Source: an uncultured Bacillales bacterium
Lineage (GTDB): Bacteria > Bacillota_I > Bacilli_A > RF39 > UBA660
Length of the DNA: 59,706 bases
Direction of reading: 5' to 3'
Assembly: GCA_946614095.1 (NCBI GenBank)
Contig: CAMOGG010000003.1
Coordinates: forward strand, 1 to 59,706
In this document: positions 19,019-30,200 of the stretch, one piece after another
How positions within the stretch are numbered: the first letter of the stretch is position 1
How the letters are laid out: the number at the start of each line of letters is the position of its first letter
Notes under the pieces: model-generated
What the model saw: the letters and a program-made list of their open reading frames with translations, nothing else
Database searches by the model: none
What the model was told of the DNA's origin: nothing
Translations under genes and position numbers: made by a program

Positions 19019-19858
19019 ATGGATCAAAACATATCAGGACTATATGGTAAAGGAAGCCATGAAGCATATATAGAAGAGTTAAAAGAGAAAATAGAATCAA
19101 AAGACATCATAATGTTTTCCTACGTCGGTACTGATTACAATGTTTTTGCAAAAATAGAAAATGGTAAAGTGAAAATATCAGCAACCGGTGGAGGAAAATA
19201 CAATATAAGAGATGGAAGTTATTTCATTATTAAATATGAAACAGAAGATAAAAGTATTTTTCAAAGACTGCAAGAAGTAATTGAAAAAGAAAATGTTTCC
19301 CTTGGAAATGGACATTGTCTAACAATAGATGGATTACCTGCAGGTATAGGAGATACCATCAATGTGGAATATGCATCAGGTGAAAAAATCTATAAACATT
19401 CCAATCAGTCAATTACTATTACTCCCAATGCCATTAAAGAATTCTATGATATCTTCCATGAATATGTAAAAAAAGAAGGGTATGATTTTAATAGTAAAGA
19501 ATCAAATGTAAAACTATTTGATGATGCAGATTATGAATATGTACAAGGAACATGGAAAGGAAAACACTTTGGGGATGAAATAGAAGTTACCTTTCAAGAT
19601 AATCAAGTGACAATAAAAGTAAACAATAACATAACAGATGAAAAGGAAGAATATATCATTATAGAAGGATCTATTCAAAAGAACAAGTTAAAAGAAGGAA
19701 AAGAAGGAATTTCAAAAAATGATTATGAAGACTTTGAAGGAGTACAATCATTTTCCAAAAAGAATTGGTTTACAATGACTGGCTATTTTCATAAAGAATC
19801 ATATTCTACATGTGATTTAATGAATTTTGAAAAAGAAAAACCAGTAGAGGAAGAATAG
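19019..19858 (+). CDS. Hypothetical protein
   Basis: 279-aa ORF with GGAGG RBS. Confidence 0.65.
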   Translation: MDQNISGLYGKGSHEAYIEELKEKIESKDIIMFSYVGTDYNVFAKIENGKVKISATGGGKYNIRDGSYFIIKYETEDKSIFQRLQEVIEKENVSLGNGHCLTIDGLPAGIGDTINVEYASGEKIYKHSNQSITITPNAIKEFYDIFHEYVKKEGYDFNSKESNVKLFDDADYEYVQGTWKGKHFGDEIEVTFQDNQVTIKVNNNITDEKEEYIIIEGSIQKNKLKEGKEGISKNDYEDFEGVQSFSKKNWFTMTGYFHKESYSTCDLMNFEKEKPVEEE

Positions 19859-19935
19859 AAAAGAATAAAAAATTTCTTGATTGAAAAAAACAAAAAGTAT
19901 TTATTTAAAAGAATGAAAAAAATATTATAATATAA

Positions 19936-20997
19936 ATGAAAGGAGAAAATATGAAAAAGAAAAAAGTATTATTTATTGCGATTACACTATTAGCAATAAC
20001 CCTTCTAGCAACTGCTTGTAGTAATGAAAAAGAAAAAAAGGAACAACAGAAATATGATTATTTGGTACTAGTAAATAAGTATTCTAGACTACCAGATGAC
20101 TGGGAAAAAAATGTAGAACTAGTCAATACTAAAAATGCATGGGATGAAGATATTCAAGTTGAAAAAGAAGCATATAAGCAATTTAAAAAATTTAAACAAG
20201 AAGTAGACAATGACTTGAAGGAATATAATACTACTATTGAATTAGACAGTACTTATAGATCAATAAAGGCACAACAAGAATTATGGGATGAATGGTCTGA
20301 AGATCCTGAAAAAGGAATTGATTATGTTAGAAAGTTTGTAGCTGTTCCAGGATACTCTGAACATCATACAGGACTAGCAATTGATATTTGTCTAAAGAAA
20401 GATGGAGAATTAGTATATGATAATGATGAGATGATAGCAGAAAGAGAAATCTTTGAAAAAATACATGCTAAATTATCAAAGTACGGATTTATTTTAAGAT
20501 ATCTTGAAAATAGAGAGGATATGACAGGATATACCTATGAACCATGGCATTTAAGATATGTAGGGGATACAGAAATAGCAAAAGAAATCATGGATAAAAA
20601 TATTACTTTCGAAGAATATCTTGGAGGAATTGATAATATAAAAGAAAATCAATCTGCAGCTAAATATCAAATTGAAAGAGCTTTACAAGAACATTTTAAA
20701 GAAATATACCAAGATAAAATAACAAATTCTAGATTTAATGTGACAAAGATTTATACAGAAAAAGAAGAAAAAGAAAAAACGATGAAGTCTTTGAAACTTG
20801 GAAAGAATGAAGTAGCCTTTGAAGTAACTTATCAACTTCAACCTGCTGAAGGAATTGATTTAAATGAATTAATGGTTGTAGATGGTGAATATGACGAAAA
20901 TCTAGGCTGGGTTAAAAATCTTAGTAGAGTTGGTGTTCTAAGATATCATGATAAAAATAACAGTTATTCCATCGATAACTTTGGAACTGGATGGTAA
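19936..20997 (+). CDS. Lipoprotein D-Ala-D-Ala carboxypeptidase (M15B/VanY-like) with an extra C-terminal domain
   Basis: Lipobox LATAC; STYRS, PGYSEHHTGLAID, YEPWHLRYVG. Confidence 0.9.
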   Translation: MKGENMKKKKVLFIAITLLAITLLATACSNEKEKKEQQKYDYLVLVNKYSRLPDDWEKNVELVNTKNAWDEDIQVEKEAYKQFKKFKQEVDNDLKEYNTTIELDSTYRSIKAQQELWDEWSEDPEKGIDYVRKFVAVPGYSEHHTGLAIDICLKKDGELVYDNDEMIAEREIFEKIHAKLSKYGFILRYLENREDMTGYTYEPWHLRYVGDTEIAKEIMDKNITFEEYLGGIDNIKENQSAAKYQIERALQEHFKEIYQDKITNSRFNVTKIYTEKEEKEKTMKSLKLGKNEVAFEVTYQLQPAEGIDLNELMVVDGEYDENLGWVKNLSRVGVLRYHDKNNSYSIDNFGTGW

Positions 20998-21073
20998 AAA
21001 ATAATAGGAGAAGTCCTATTATTTTTTATACTACAATAATTAAGTCAAAAAAAGAACTAAGTAATTTAGCCCT

Positions 21074-22108
21074 CTATCGATTCAATAACTTATTGATTTC
21101 TTTTTCTACTTTTTCGTTGATATGATTTAATCGTTCTAAATAATATGTGTTTTCATCTACAATTTTATTAATATCTTTAATCACATGAGTCTTTTCTAAT
21201 TCATATAAATGAAATCCAATTCGATAATGATTCTCAATTAAATCATCTAATGTTATTTTTAATAAAACACCTTTTTGTTTTCGATTATTTTTAATTATCC
21301 TTTTTAATTGATTAGAATCTTTTATTTGATTATGATTAATAATAGTAATCTCTTTTTTATCAGATTGATCTTTAAAATGAATCGTTGCATTCAAATGATC
21401 TAAAAGGATTGTTTGGATTCCCCTCGCTAGAAAACGTCCTTCTCGAAAACTACTAATCTTATTATAATTTGTAATTAATACGACATTCTCATTATGTAGC
21501 ATGTATCTTCTAACCTGATCAAAAATATTTTCTTTATTAGAGTTTTTACGAAATCTAGGAATATCATCAAAAATATATACATAGTTAAAATCTTCAACCT
21601 TTAACTCTTGATCAACCACATAATCATTATGAATTCCTAATATTTCATCGAATACTTTAAATATCTCATATCTAGAGGCATCTATACTTTTCATATAATA
21701 AGTAGCATTACCCTTCTCATGATAAAACGAAAATAAATTACTTTCAATATTTAGATAAGCAATCTTATCTTTATCTTCATGTAAATAAATAGGTTTATGA
21801 ACATAACTTAAAAATTCTAATAACAAATCTTTAATATTATATTTCCTTAATTGAATCAAAATTCTATTAACCGGAAGTTTATCTTCTTTTAAAAAATACC
21901 GATTCATTCGAATAATATCAGGCATAATTTCATATAACCTTTCATTTTCAATAACATCATCATAAGAATAATCTTTTTTATCACATAGATATTTTAAATA
22001 GATTAAATAAGCAATAAAAGTATTTTCTTTTTTACCAATAAATCTCAAATTCTTTTGTCTTTCTATTCCTCTTAATTCTTCTAGTATACTAGGAATCATT
22101 CTCATCAC
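21074..22108 (-). CDS. Degenerate type I R-M M-subunit-like protein
   Basis: IYLKYLCD N-terminal helix; DIPRF where NPPF is expected; no FxGxG; coupled to an HsdS-like gene. Confidence 0.4.
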   Translation of the reverse strand: MMRMIPSILEELRGIERQKNLRFIGKKENTFIAYLIYLKYLCDKKDYSYDDVIENERLYEIMPDIIRMNRYFLKEDKLPVNRILIQLRKYNIKDLLLEFLSYVHKPIYLHEDKDKIAYLNIESNLFSFYHEKGNATYYMKSIDASRYEIFKVFDEILGIHNDYVVDQELKVEDFNYVYIFDDIPRFRKNSNKENIFDQVRRYMLHNENVVLITNYNKISSFREGRFLARGIQTILLDHLNATIHFKDQSDKKEITIINHNQIKDSNQLKRIIKNNRKQKGVLLKITLDDLIENHYRIGFHLYELEKTHVIKDINKIVDENTYYLERLNHINEKVEKEINKLLNR

Positions 22109-22700
22109 CTATAACACTTTCTATTGCATAATGAATGATTTTCTCATCATTATCTAAAATATTAGTATAAATAGCACTTCTTTCATTAATAGAATTTAAT
22201 AAAGGAGATATCAACATTTGCTTTTCTTTTGGAATATTTGGTAATTCTATTTTTTTAATATCATCTAATGTTAAGTTTCCAACAAATTGATTCTTTTCAA
22301 TATATTTTTTTATTCCAACCTTTTCTAAATAATTCGCAACAAAAATATAACTATATTGATCCATATTAATTCCTCTTAAAATAATAAAATTATTTGGAAT
22401 AATAACTTCTTCTTTTATATCATATGAGTATGTACCAACTCGATAAGGCTTTTTTACAAAGATTAAAATATCTCTTGGCTGTAGAAAGAATTTTTTCTTA
22501 ATCTCCCCAGAAAATGCTTTTTCAATTAATCTAGAATGAATAATATTGGTATATTGAATACTATCTTTTTGTATGGTTTTATATAATTTAGAATACTTAT
22601 CTTTAACAGCTGCATTGGTAATATTATAACCAACAACGATTTCTTCAAAAACATCTTTTATTCTCATAGTATTCCTCCTTTTGAGTGCATATGATATCAT
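22089..22700 (-). CDS. Single-TRD HsdS-like protein
   Basis: MRIKDVFEEIVVG..LQPRDILI..IKKIELPNIPKEKQ. Confidence 0.6.
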   Translation of the reverse strand: MISYALKRRNTMRIKDVFEEIVVGYNITNAAVKDKYSKLYKTIQKDSIQYTNIIHSRLIEKAFSGEIKKKFFLQPRDILIFVKKPYRVGTYSYDIKEEVIIPNNFIILRGINMDQYSYIFVANYLEKVGIKKYIEKNQFVGNLTLDDIKKIELPNIPKEKQMLISPLLNSINERSAIYTNILDNDEKIIHYAIESVIGDENDS

Positions 22701-22724
22701 ATTATATAATTTTAATCAATATGA

Positions 22725-24011
22725 TTACAAATTAATATTATCTTTACGGATATCTTGTAATATCTCTTGTATTTCTTCATAAAATAATATTTTTTTTGTT
22801 TTTAATTGATGAGCTAATTGATCTAATGAATCTTTATTTCGTATTAGAATTTCTTTTGCTTTATTATAGTATTCTTGAATAATATGATTAATATGTTCAT
22901 CTTTAGCTTGCTTTACTTTTTCTGATTGTTCTTCTACATTTCGAATCCAAGAATCAAAGCCCAACATACAATAATTGTCAACAAACCTAGTAGCCAAATC
23001 ATATGCACGATGTAAATCAGAATTAGCACCAGTATCACACGTATGATAAATAATTTCCGTAGCAGCCTTTCCACCAAGAACAGTCATGAGTCTATTTTTC
23101 ATAAATTGAATATCATCAAAATAGTATTCATTATTATGATATTTAGTAAAACCTCTTTTATCACCATCTGTTTTCATAATAGTGATAAAGGTCACACTCC
23201 CAGGCTCTAAGTATTCTCCAATCAAAGCATGTCCAGCTTCATGATAAGCTACATTTAATGCATATCGATCTTCTTTCTCCTGTTCTTCAATAGTAGTATC
23301 ATAAGATAACTCTAATGCCGCTTGCAACAGTTCATCATTTCCAATTTTATCTTTGTTTTTATATCCAGCATAAATTCCAGCTTGATTACAAACTTTCTCT
23401 AAATCAGCACATGATGTACAAGAAAGGATATAAGAAAGATTTTGAATATTAACATCATCATCTATTTTTTTATTTTTCAAATAATACTGGATTAATTTCT
23501 TTGATTCATCTTCATCGGGATAGTCAAGTTCAATTTGATAATCAAAACGTCCTGAGCGTAATAAAGATGATGGAAGTAAAAAACGATTATTTGCAGTTGC
23601 AATTACAAAAATATCCTCATATTTAATATCATCAATAAATGATTGAACCGCAACAAACTCCTCTTTATTACCATGATTATTACTTTCTGAAAACTTATCA
23701 ATATCATCTAATAAAATAATAGATGGTTGATTTTTCTTTGCTTTCTCAAATATTTCATTCATATAATCAATGAAATTCCCATCAGATTTAATTTTTCGAA
23801 TAATAAATGTTTCTCTTTTTACATATTTTAATAATTCCTTCGAGATAGTTGTTTTTCCAAGACCCGGGGGTCCATATAGTAACAATCCATGTGGTATATT
23901 ACTTCCTAAATCTCTATATTTTTCTGGATGATTTAAAACATCAACTAATCTCTCAAGAGTTTTCTTGGTATTCTCATAACCAATAATATTCTGAAATAAC
24001 TTCTTTTTCAT
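22725..24011 (-). CDS. Soluble FtsH-like AAA+ metalloprotease (AAA + M41, no TM)
   Basis: GPPGLGKT, LLDDID, LLRSGRFD, AYHEAGHA, LGGKAATE, GANSDL. Confidence 0.9.
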   Translation of the reverse strand: MKKKLFQNIIGYENTKKTLERLVDVLNHPEKYRDLGSNIPHGLLLYGPPGLGKTTISKELLKYVKRETFIIRKIKSDGNFIDYMNEIFEKAKKNQPSIILLDDIDKFSESNNHGNKEEFVAVQSFIDDIKYEDIFVIATANNRFLLPSSLLRSGRFDYQIELDYPDEDESKKLIQYYLKNKKIDDDVNIQNLSYILSCTSCADLEKVCNQAGIYAGYKNKDKIGNDELLQAALELSYDTTIEEQEKEDRYALNVAYHEAGHALIGEYLEPGSVTFITIMKTDGDKRGFTKYHNNEYYFDDIQFMKNRLMTVLGGKAATEIIYHTCDTGANSDLHRAYDLATRFVDNYCMLGFDSWIRNVEEQSEKVKQAKDEHINHIIQEYYNKAKEILIRNKDSLDQLAHQLKTKKILFYEEIQEILQDIRKDNINL

Positions 24012-24252
24012 AATTCACATTCCTTTTCACTTAATATTCCCAATTGGTGCCAATACTATAACACATAATACTTGTAATCAAATTGATTAAAGCTTTAGCA
24101 GACTTGATTAAAAGAGAAGCAAATAACTTAAAAATTAATTAATATACTTTGGGAGAATTAAATGATGAATAAATGTGATGAATGGATAATAATTCTCCAA
24201 TAAAATAGTAATAAAAAAATGATTTATTTTATTCGACAATTCCACCAAAATA

Positions 24253-24281
24253 TTGACATTTACAGAGATTTACGATAAGCT
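24253..24281 (+). promoter_or_regulatory. Sigma-A promoter of the SipW operon (TTGACA-17-TAAGCT)
   Basis: Perfect -35 box with 17-bp spacer. Confidence 0.6.
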
Positions 24282-24337
24282 TAAAAGGTAAAGTAGGAAA
24301 ATATGAAGATATCTTTACAATATATAATAAAGGAGGT

Positions 24338-24889
24338 GTGAGAATGAAAGGAGATAAGAAGATTCTAGCATTAGTAATCCTAGTATTATTACTATCAGTA
24401 TGCTTTGGTACTTATGCAATCTATAGACAATCTACTAATGCTTCTGGAAGCATCAGAGCTGCAAAGTGGTCAGTTAAAGTAGATGGAACGGATATTGCAT
24501 CAGCAAATTATACTTTTGATGCTGGTGATATCACTTGGACAACTTTAACTGGTTATAATGATACAATTGCTCCAGGTTCAGAAGGATACATTGAAATTCC
24601 AGTTGATGCTGATGGATCAGAAGTTGATGTAATTCTTGCTGCTGAATTAGGTTCTACTACTCTTCCAACAGGAATGACTGCAACTTTAGCTAGTGCATCA
24701 CAAAATATTGCATATTCTGCAACTGAAGGAGCAATGGAAACTACTGTTAGAATTAATATTGCTTGGGCTGGAGCTGATTCAGATACTACTGCAAAAGATA
24801 CTACTGACTTAGCTGCTCAAAATACAACTCTAAGTATTCCAGTTACTTTAACTGCTAAACAATCATTAACGAATCATGCTCAACCATAG
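24338..24889 (+). CDS. SipW-class (TasA/camelysin-like) protein; probable major fibre subunit
   Basis: FGTYA|IYRQSTNASGSIRAAKWSV signal; IAPGSEG; C-terminal TLTAKQ strand; T-ending codon bias; own terminator. Confidence 0.7.
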   Translation: MRMKGDKKILALVILVLLLSVCFGTYAIYRQSTNASGSIRAAKWSVKVDGTDIASANYTFDAGDITWTTLTGYNDTIAPGSEGYIEIPVDADGSEVDVILAAELGSTTLPTGMTATLASASQNIAYSATEGAMETTVRINIAWAGADSDTTAKDTTDLAAQNTTLSIPVTLTAKQSLTNHAQP

Positions 24890-24911
24890 TATAGTTAGTT
24901 GATATAAAACA

Positions 24912-24936
24912 AAAGAATAATATTTAATTATTCTTT
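24912..24936 (+). terminator. Hairpin after the putative major subunit gene (second dyad at 24938-24971)
   Basis: AAAGAATAAT-ATTTA-ATTATTCTTT. Confidence 0.55.
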
Positions 24937-24999
24937 CGTTTAAAGTCTATAAAAAATTGTAGATTTTAAACGGAAGAATAGTTTTAAGGAAGTGAAAAA

Positions 25000-26241
25000 A
25001 TGTCAAGACAAAAAGAAAAGAATAATGAAAAAAAAGATAATCATACAACCGATAGAATAATTCAGATAATACTAATTATTATCATTATCCTTTTATTATT
25101 AAAAAACTGTTCGTTAATAAAGAAAAAAGGAAATGAAGATAGTGATAAAGTAAATATTATAGATATTACATCTGGTGATAAATGTGAACAAGAAAGTATT
25201 ATGATAGATTGTTTACAGGATGAAAAGAATAGTAAATGTTTAGTTCCTGATTTTATAGGAAAAAACAAAAAAGATGTTTTAAAATGGCTTAGTTCAATTT
25301 CTAATACAATTGAAATAGAAATTAAAACAGTAGAAGATCCAAATTATAAAGATGGAACAGTTCTAGAACAAACAATTATAGGTACTAGTGTGAAGGATTT
25401 ACTATCTGGTAAAACAAAGCTAGTAATTACAATTGTGAATAATGGATCATTAGTAGATTGTGAAAAAAACAGTAAAAATAATAAATGTACATTACCAGAT
25501 TTTGCTGGTAAAAAAAGAACTGATGTAGAAGACTGGCTAGATGGTATTACAAATAACATAAAAATAAAATACGTTTATGTTGATTCAAATAAAAAAGCAG
25601 GAACAATAATCAGTCAGTCTGAAAAAAGTGGAACAGCTATTAAAGATATCTTAGATAAAGATGAAACAATAATCATTTATATTTCAAAAGGTGACAAGAA
25701 TAATTCCGCAACGAATCCATATACAAATGGTGGTAGTCAAGATAATAAAACTCCATCAGAAGACCCAACACCTACGCCAACACCAGAACCAGAAGAAGAT
25801 GGTGAATTCTATGTTAGTGATAAAGAAAAAGTGAAATGGCAAGATGATACAGACTTAAATATATTTGAAGATTCAGCAAAGATTTCTAAAGTAAATGGAA
25901 AAATAGCTCCTGAAAGTAAGGGTACATATAAATTTATTGTAAATAATGGAACAACTTATAATTTAAAATATAATATTACCTTTACAGAAAATAACCAGCA
26001 TAATATGAATATGAAATTCAAACTAAAAAAAGGGAATACATATATAGTGGACCAATATGTATCATATAATCAATTAAATATAGATAATATAATGCTAAAT
26101 TCTAAAAACTCTGATACTTATTACCTTGAATGGAAATGGGTAGGAGACAATGATACAAATGATACTTCTATTGGAAGAGATGCCAATAATACAGATATTA
26201 CATATAGTTTAAAAATAAATGTTGAGGCAGAGAGCGTATAA
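25000..26241 (+). CDS. Membrane-anchored protein with two PASTA-like repeats, a Pro/Thr linker and a C-terminal TasA-like domain
   Basis: VPDFIGK..GTVLEQ and LPDFAGK..GTIISQS; PTPTPTPEPE; IAPESKGTYKF..WKW. Confidence 0.75.
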   Translation: MSRQKEKNNEKKDNHTTDRIIQIILIIIIILLLLKNCSLIKKKGNEDSDKVNIIDITSGDKCEQESIMIDCLQDEKNSKCLVPDFIGKNKKDVLKWLSSISNTIEIEIKTVEDPNYKDGTVLEQTIIGTSVKDLLSGKTKLVITIVNNGSLVDCEKNSKNNKCTLPDFAGKKRTDVEDWLDGITNNIKIKYVYVDSNKKAGTIISQSEKSGTAIKDILDKDETIIIYISKGDKNNSATNPYTNGGSQDNKTPSEDPTPTPTPEPEEDGEFYVSDKEKVKWQDDTDLNIFEDSAKISKVNGKIAPESKGTYKFIVNNGTTYNLKYNITFTENNQHNMNMKFKLKKGNTYIVDQYVSYNQLNIDNIMLNSKNSDTYYLEWKWVGDNDTNDTSIGRDANNTDITYSLKINVEAESV

Positions 26242-26690
26242 TGAATAAGATATTTAAAATAATATTTGACATTATATTTATAGTTTCTATTTTAGTATTA
26301 AGTACATATTTTATTCTAAGATTATTAGGAGTAGCAGAAATCTATAAAGTAAAAACAGGATCTATGGAAGATGGAATTCATACAGGAGATTATATATTAA
26401 TCTACAAAAAAAATAATTATAAAGTGGGAGATATCGTAACTTTTAAAAAAGAAGGATATCATGTTACTCATAGAATTATAAAAAAGAATGGAAATAAAGT
26501 GATAACTAAAGGAGATGCTAATAACACCGCTGATGAAGAAATAAAAGTATCTAGTATAGTTGGAAAAGTAATATACCATGGAGGATTTTTAAACTTTTTA
26601 ATAGATTTTAAGTATGTGATAGCATGTGGTCTATTAGGATTATATCTATTAAGTATGTTCTTTAACGAAAAAGAAAAAACACAAGAATAA
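26241..26690 (+). CDS. sipW: Signal peptidase I, SipW/S26B type
   Basis: TGSME..GD..VGDIVTF..VTHRI..TKGDANN (Ser-His-Asp type). Confidence 0.88.
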   Translation: MNKIFKIIFDIIFIVSILVLSTYFILRLLGVAEIYKVKTGSMEDGIHTGDYILIYKKNNYKVGDIVTFKKEGYHVTHRIIKKNGNKVITKGDANNTADEEIKVSSIVGKVIYHGGFLNFLIDFKYVIACGLLGLYLLSMFFNEKEKTQE

Positions 26691-26711
26691 AAAAGCGAAA
26701 GGAGTATTGTT

Positions 26712-27185
26712 ATGAAAAATAAGATAATAAAACCAATGCTATTGGTAATAGGAATTTTACTTATTTTCTGTGCAGTACATACTTTTGCATTATTAAGATC
26801 GAGTACTAGTGGGAGTGGAACAATTGATACAGCAACATGGAGTGTAACAAGAAATCAAAGTCAAAGTGGAGATTCCATTGAAATAGTACCAGGTTTATCT
26901 ACAGATAGTTATACACTAACAGTACAAAGTAACTCAGAGGTAGATGTTATTTATAGCATTATAATAAGTGATCTACCTACAGGAGTAGAAGTTGACCTAG
27001 ATAATAGTGGTAATTATAGAACACCTACGAGTGGAACATTAAGAATTAATTCTGCTGGAACAATTAATTATAATGATTCAGTGAAAACAAAAACACATAC
27101 ATTAACATTTAGAGCAGCAAATGGAACAACACCTGTATCAGATCAAGAAATAAATATTGATGTAGAATTTAAACAAGGATTATAA
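26712..27185 (+). CDS. SipW-class minor fibre subunit
   Basis: HTFA|LLRSSTSGSGTIDTATWSV, parallel to the 24338 protein; IVPG; ends VEFKQ. Confidence 0.7.
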   Translation: MKNKIIKPMLLVIGILLIFCAVHTFALLRSSTSGSGTIDTATWSVTRNQSQSGDSIEIVPGLSTDSYTLTVQSNSEVDVIYSIIISDLPTGVEVDLDNSGNYRTPTSGTLRINSAGTINYNDSVKTKTHTLTFRAANGTTPVSDQEINIDVEFKQGL

Positions 27186-27218
27186 AATAAAAATAGGAAA
27201 AGAAAGTGAGGTATAAAA

Positions 27219-30200
27219 ATGATAATAAAAAAGCATAAGAAAATTATTACTCTTTTTGTAGCTTTATTGATTTTTTATACCATCATAAATGGTGCATTTT
27301 CTATTTATAGAGAAATCAAAGGAGATTCAATAGATTTAAGTATTTTAGATCCAAGTGGAATGGTTGCTGTAACATTTGATCCGAATGGTGGTACGATACC
27401 TCAACAAGATGCATCAAGAAGTGTACAAAATGGTTCAGCAGTTGGAGCATTGCCAACAACAATGACAAGAACGAATTATAATTTTGATGGTTGGTATACA
27501 GATCCAGACCCAACAGAAGGAGTAAAAATTTCAGACCAAACAATAGTAACAGGAACAACTGTTACTTATTATGCCCATTGGATAAAAATAGTTTGTAAAA
27601 AAGCAGTAGCTGGTACACTTCATACAGAGACTTGTTCTGCAGGAGGAAGCTGTTTGAATAGTATGATGGGATATCATAGTGGGGATACCATAACATATGG
27701 TACAATACCAGGAACATATAGTCCTTTAGTAGGAGATGCTTATGACTGTGATGTAAATGATGATGATGTATGGGATCCATTAACAGAAAGATTCTATTAT
27801 ATTAGAAGTTTTGGAGGAACTTCTAATGTTGAAAACTCTGCTTTAGTACATTTCACTAGTTTTGATGCAACTGGTCAGATGGACTCTGGACATGAAAGAG
27901 GTAGTTACGCCTATAATACAGCTATTAATTATTTACCAACTTCATCTACTTGGGATAATCCTGCACTAATTGAAAATAATGGAAATGTTACTAGATTTAT
28001 TCGCCGTGAAGATTTAAATACAGCTTGTGGAGGATTAACAGATTCTTACTTAGCAAATTGTCAATTTTTCTTGGAACATTCTAGATTTCAATCAGAAAGT
28101 TTAGGTAGAGCAGGAATATGGATTGAAGTAGAAGGATCAAGTTATCATAGAATTCATACGCAAAGTCTATACATATATCATTCTGTTCAACAAACTAGTG
28201 AAAACACAGCAAGACCAGTTATAGAAATTCCTTCAAATACTATTGAAGATTATCAATCAGCACAATCATACACAATAACATTTAATCCTGGACAAGGAAC
28301 ATTAGATAATCAATCAGATGCATCAAGAACAGTACAAGGTGGAACTGCTATCGGAACACTACCAACCGCAACAAGAGAACACTATACATTACTTGGTTGG
28401 TTTGACGATCCAACTGGTGGAAATCAAATAACGGAAAATACCCTAGTATCAGGAGACGATACATATTATGCGCACTGGGTTGAAAACATCACAATTACAT
28501 TTAATGCTAATGGTGGAACAGTAACTCCTGCATCAAAAGAAATAGCACCAGGAGCTGCGATTGGACAATTACCTGTTCCAGAATATACTGGACATGAATT
28601 TGCAGGATGGTATACAGATCCTGATGCGGGAACATCAGTACATGCAGATACCACCTTTAATACAACAACTCAAATTTATGCTCATTGGGAAAAATTACCA
28701 TTAGAATATGTATTCTATATTCCAGGAGAATGTACATTTACGAGTACTGGAATAACCAATGGTCCAAATGGAAATTGTATCAGTACAGTAAATCCAACAG
28801 GATCAAATATTGATTATACACAAACAGCATTATCAACTAAAAAATATATTGATACAGGAATTGCTTTATATGATACAACAAATCATGATAAAGACTATGA
28901 AATTCATTTTGAAATCGTTAATTATGTCTCTGGTGATAATGAGAGTCAAGCAACTTTCTTTAATACGAAGAGAGAAGCTAATGGCTATCCTGGATTAGTA
29001 GTTAGAAAAACTACTGATAATACTGGAAATATAGAATTTGCTTCTAGAAAAACATCAGGAGCTAATGCAATCATTTTAATTCCTTCTAGTTCTATTACTA
29101 AAATGTCAGTCTACAGAATTGGTGAAGAAATCTATTATAGTATAAATGATGGTGAAAAAGTATTTGTCAATAATTTAACTGCGTATAATCCAGTATTCGA
29201 TTTAACAACATGGTTTGGTGGAGCACCAACGAATGCAAGCGCAACAGCAGCTAGAAGATTCTTAACTGGAACGTTAAAAAATATTTATATCAAATTAGCA
29301 CCAGATGCTCCAACAAAAGCAACAATAACATTTGATCCTAACTATCAAGGAGCACAGACATTTGATGAAGAGTATGATATTAATCAACCTATTGGAACAT
29401 TACCAACGACGACAAGAACAGGATATACATTACTTGGTTGGTTTGACGATCCAACTGGTGGAAATCAAATAACTTCAAGTACAGTTATTAGTGCAGATGA
29501 TACATTCTATGCACACTGGCATGAAGATGTAACAGTAACATTACATGCTAACGGTGGAACAGTAAGTTCAAATACAATAACCGTTCCATACAATACTGCT
29601 GTTGGAACACTTCCAACACCAACAAAAGCAAATAATACATTTGACGGATGGTATCAAGATTCAGAACTTACAATACCAGCAACATCATCAACAGTACTAA
29701 CTGCCGATGCAGACTTCTATGCAAAATGGATTCCAGATGTAACTGTAACATTAAATGCGAATGGTGGACAAGTAAGTCCAAATACTATAACTGTTGGACA
29801 AGGACAACCAGTAGGAACACTTCCAACACCAACAAAAGCAAATAATACATTTGACGGATGGTATCAAGATTCAGAACTTACAACACCAGCAACATCATCA
29901 ACTACTGTTAATAGTGATACAGTATTCTACGCTAAATGGATAGAGGACATCACTGTAACATTTAATCCAGGACAAGGTACAGTAAGTCCAACTACGAAAA
30001 CCTTTGTTCCTGGTACAGCTATCGGTGAGTTGCCAAATCCAGAAAGAACAGGATATACATTTGACGGATGGTATACTGATAATGGAACATATCAAAATGA
30101 AGTAACAGCATCTACAGTATTTAATACAACAACAGAAATATATGCAAAATGGATAGAAAATATTACAATAACATTTAATGCCAAAGGTGGAACCGTTACA

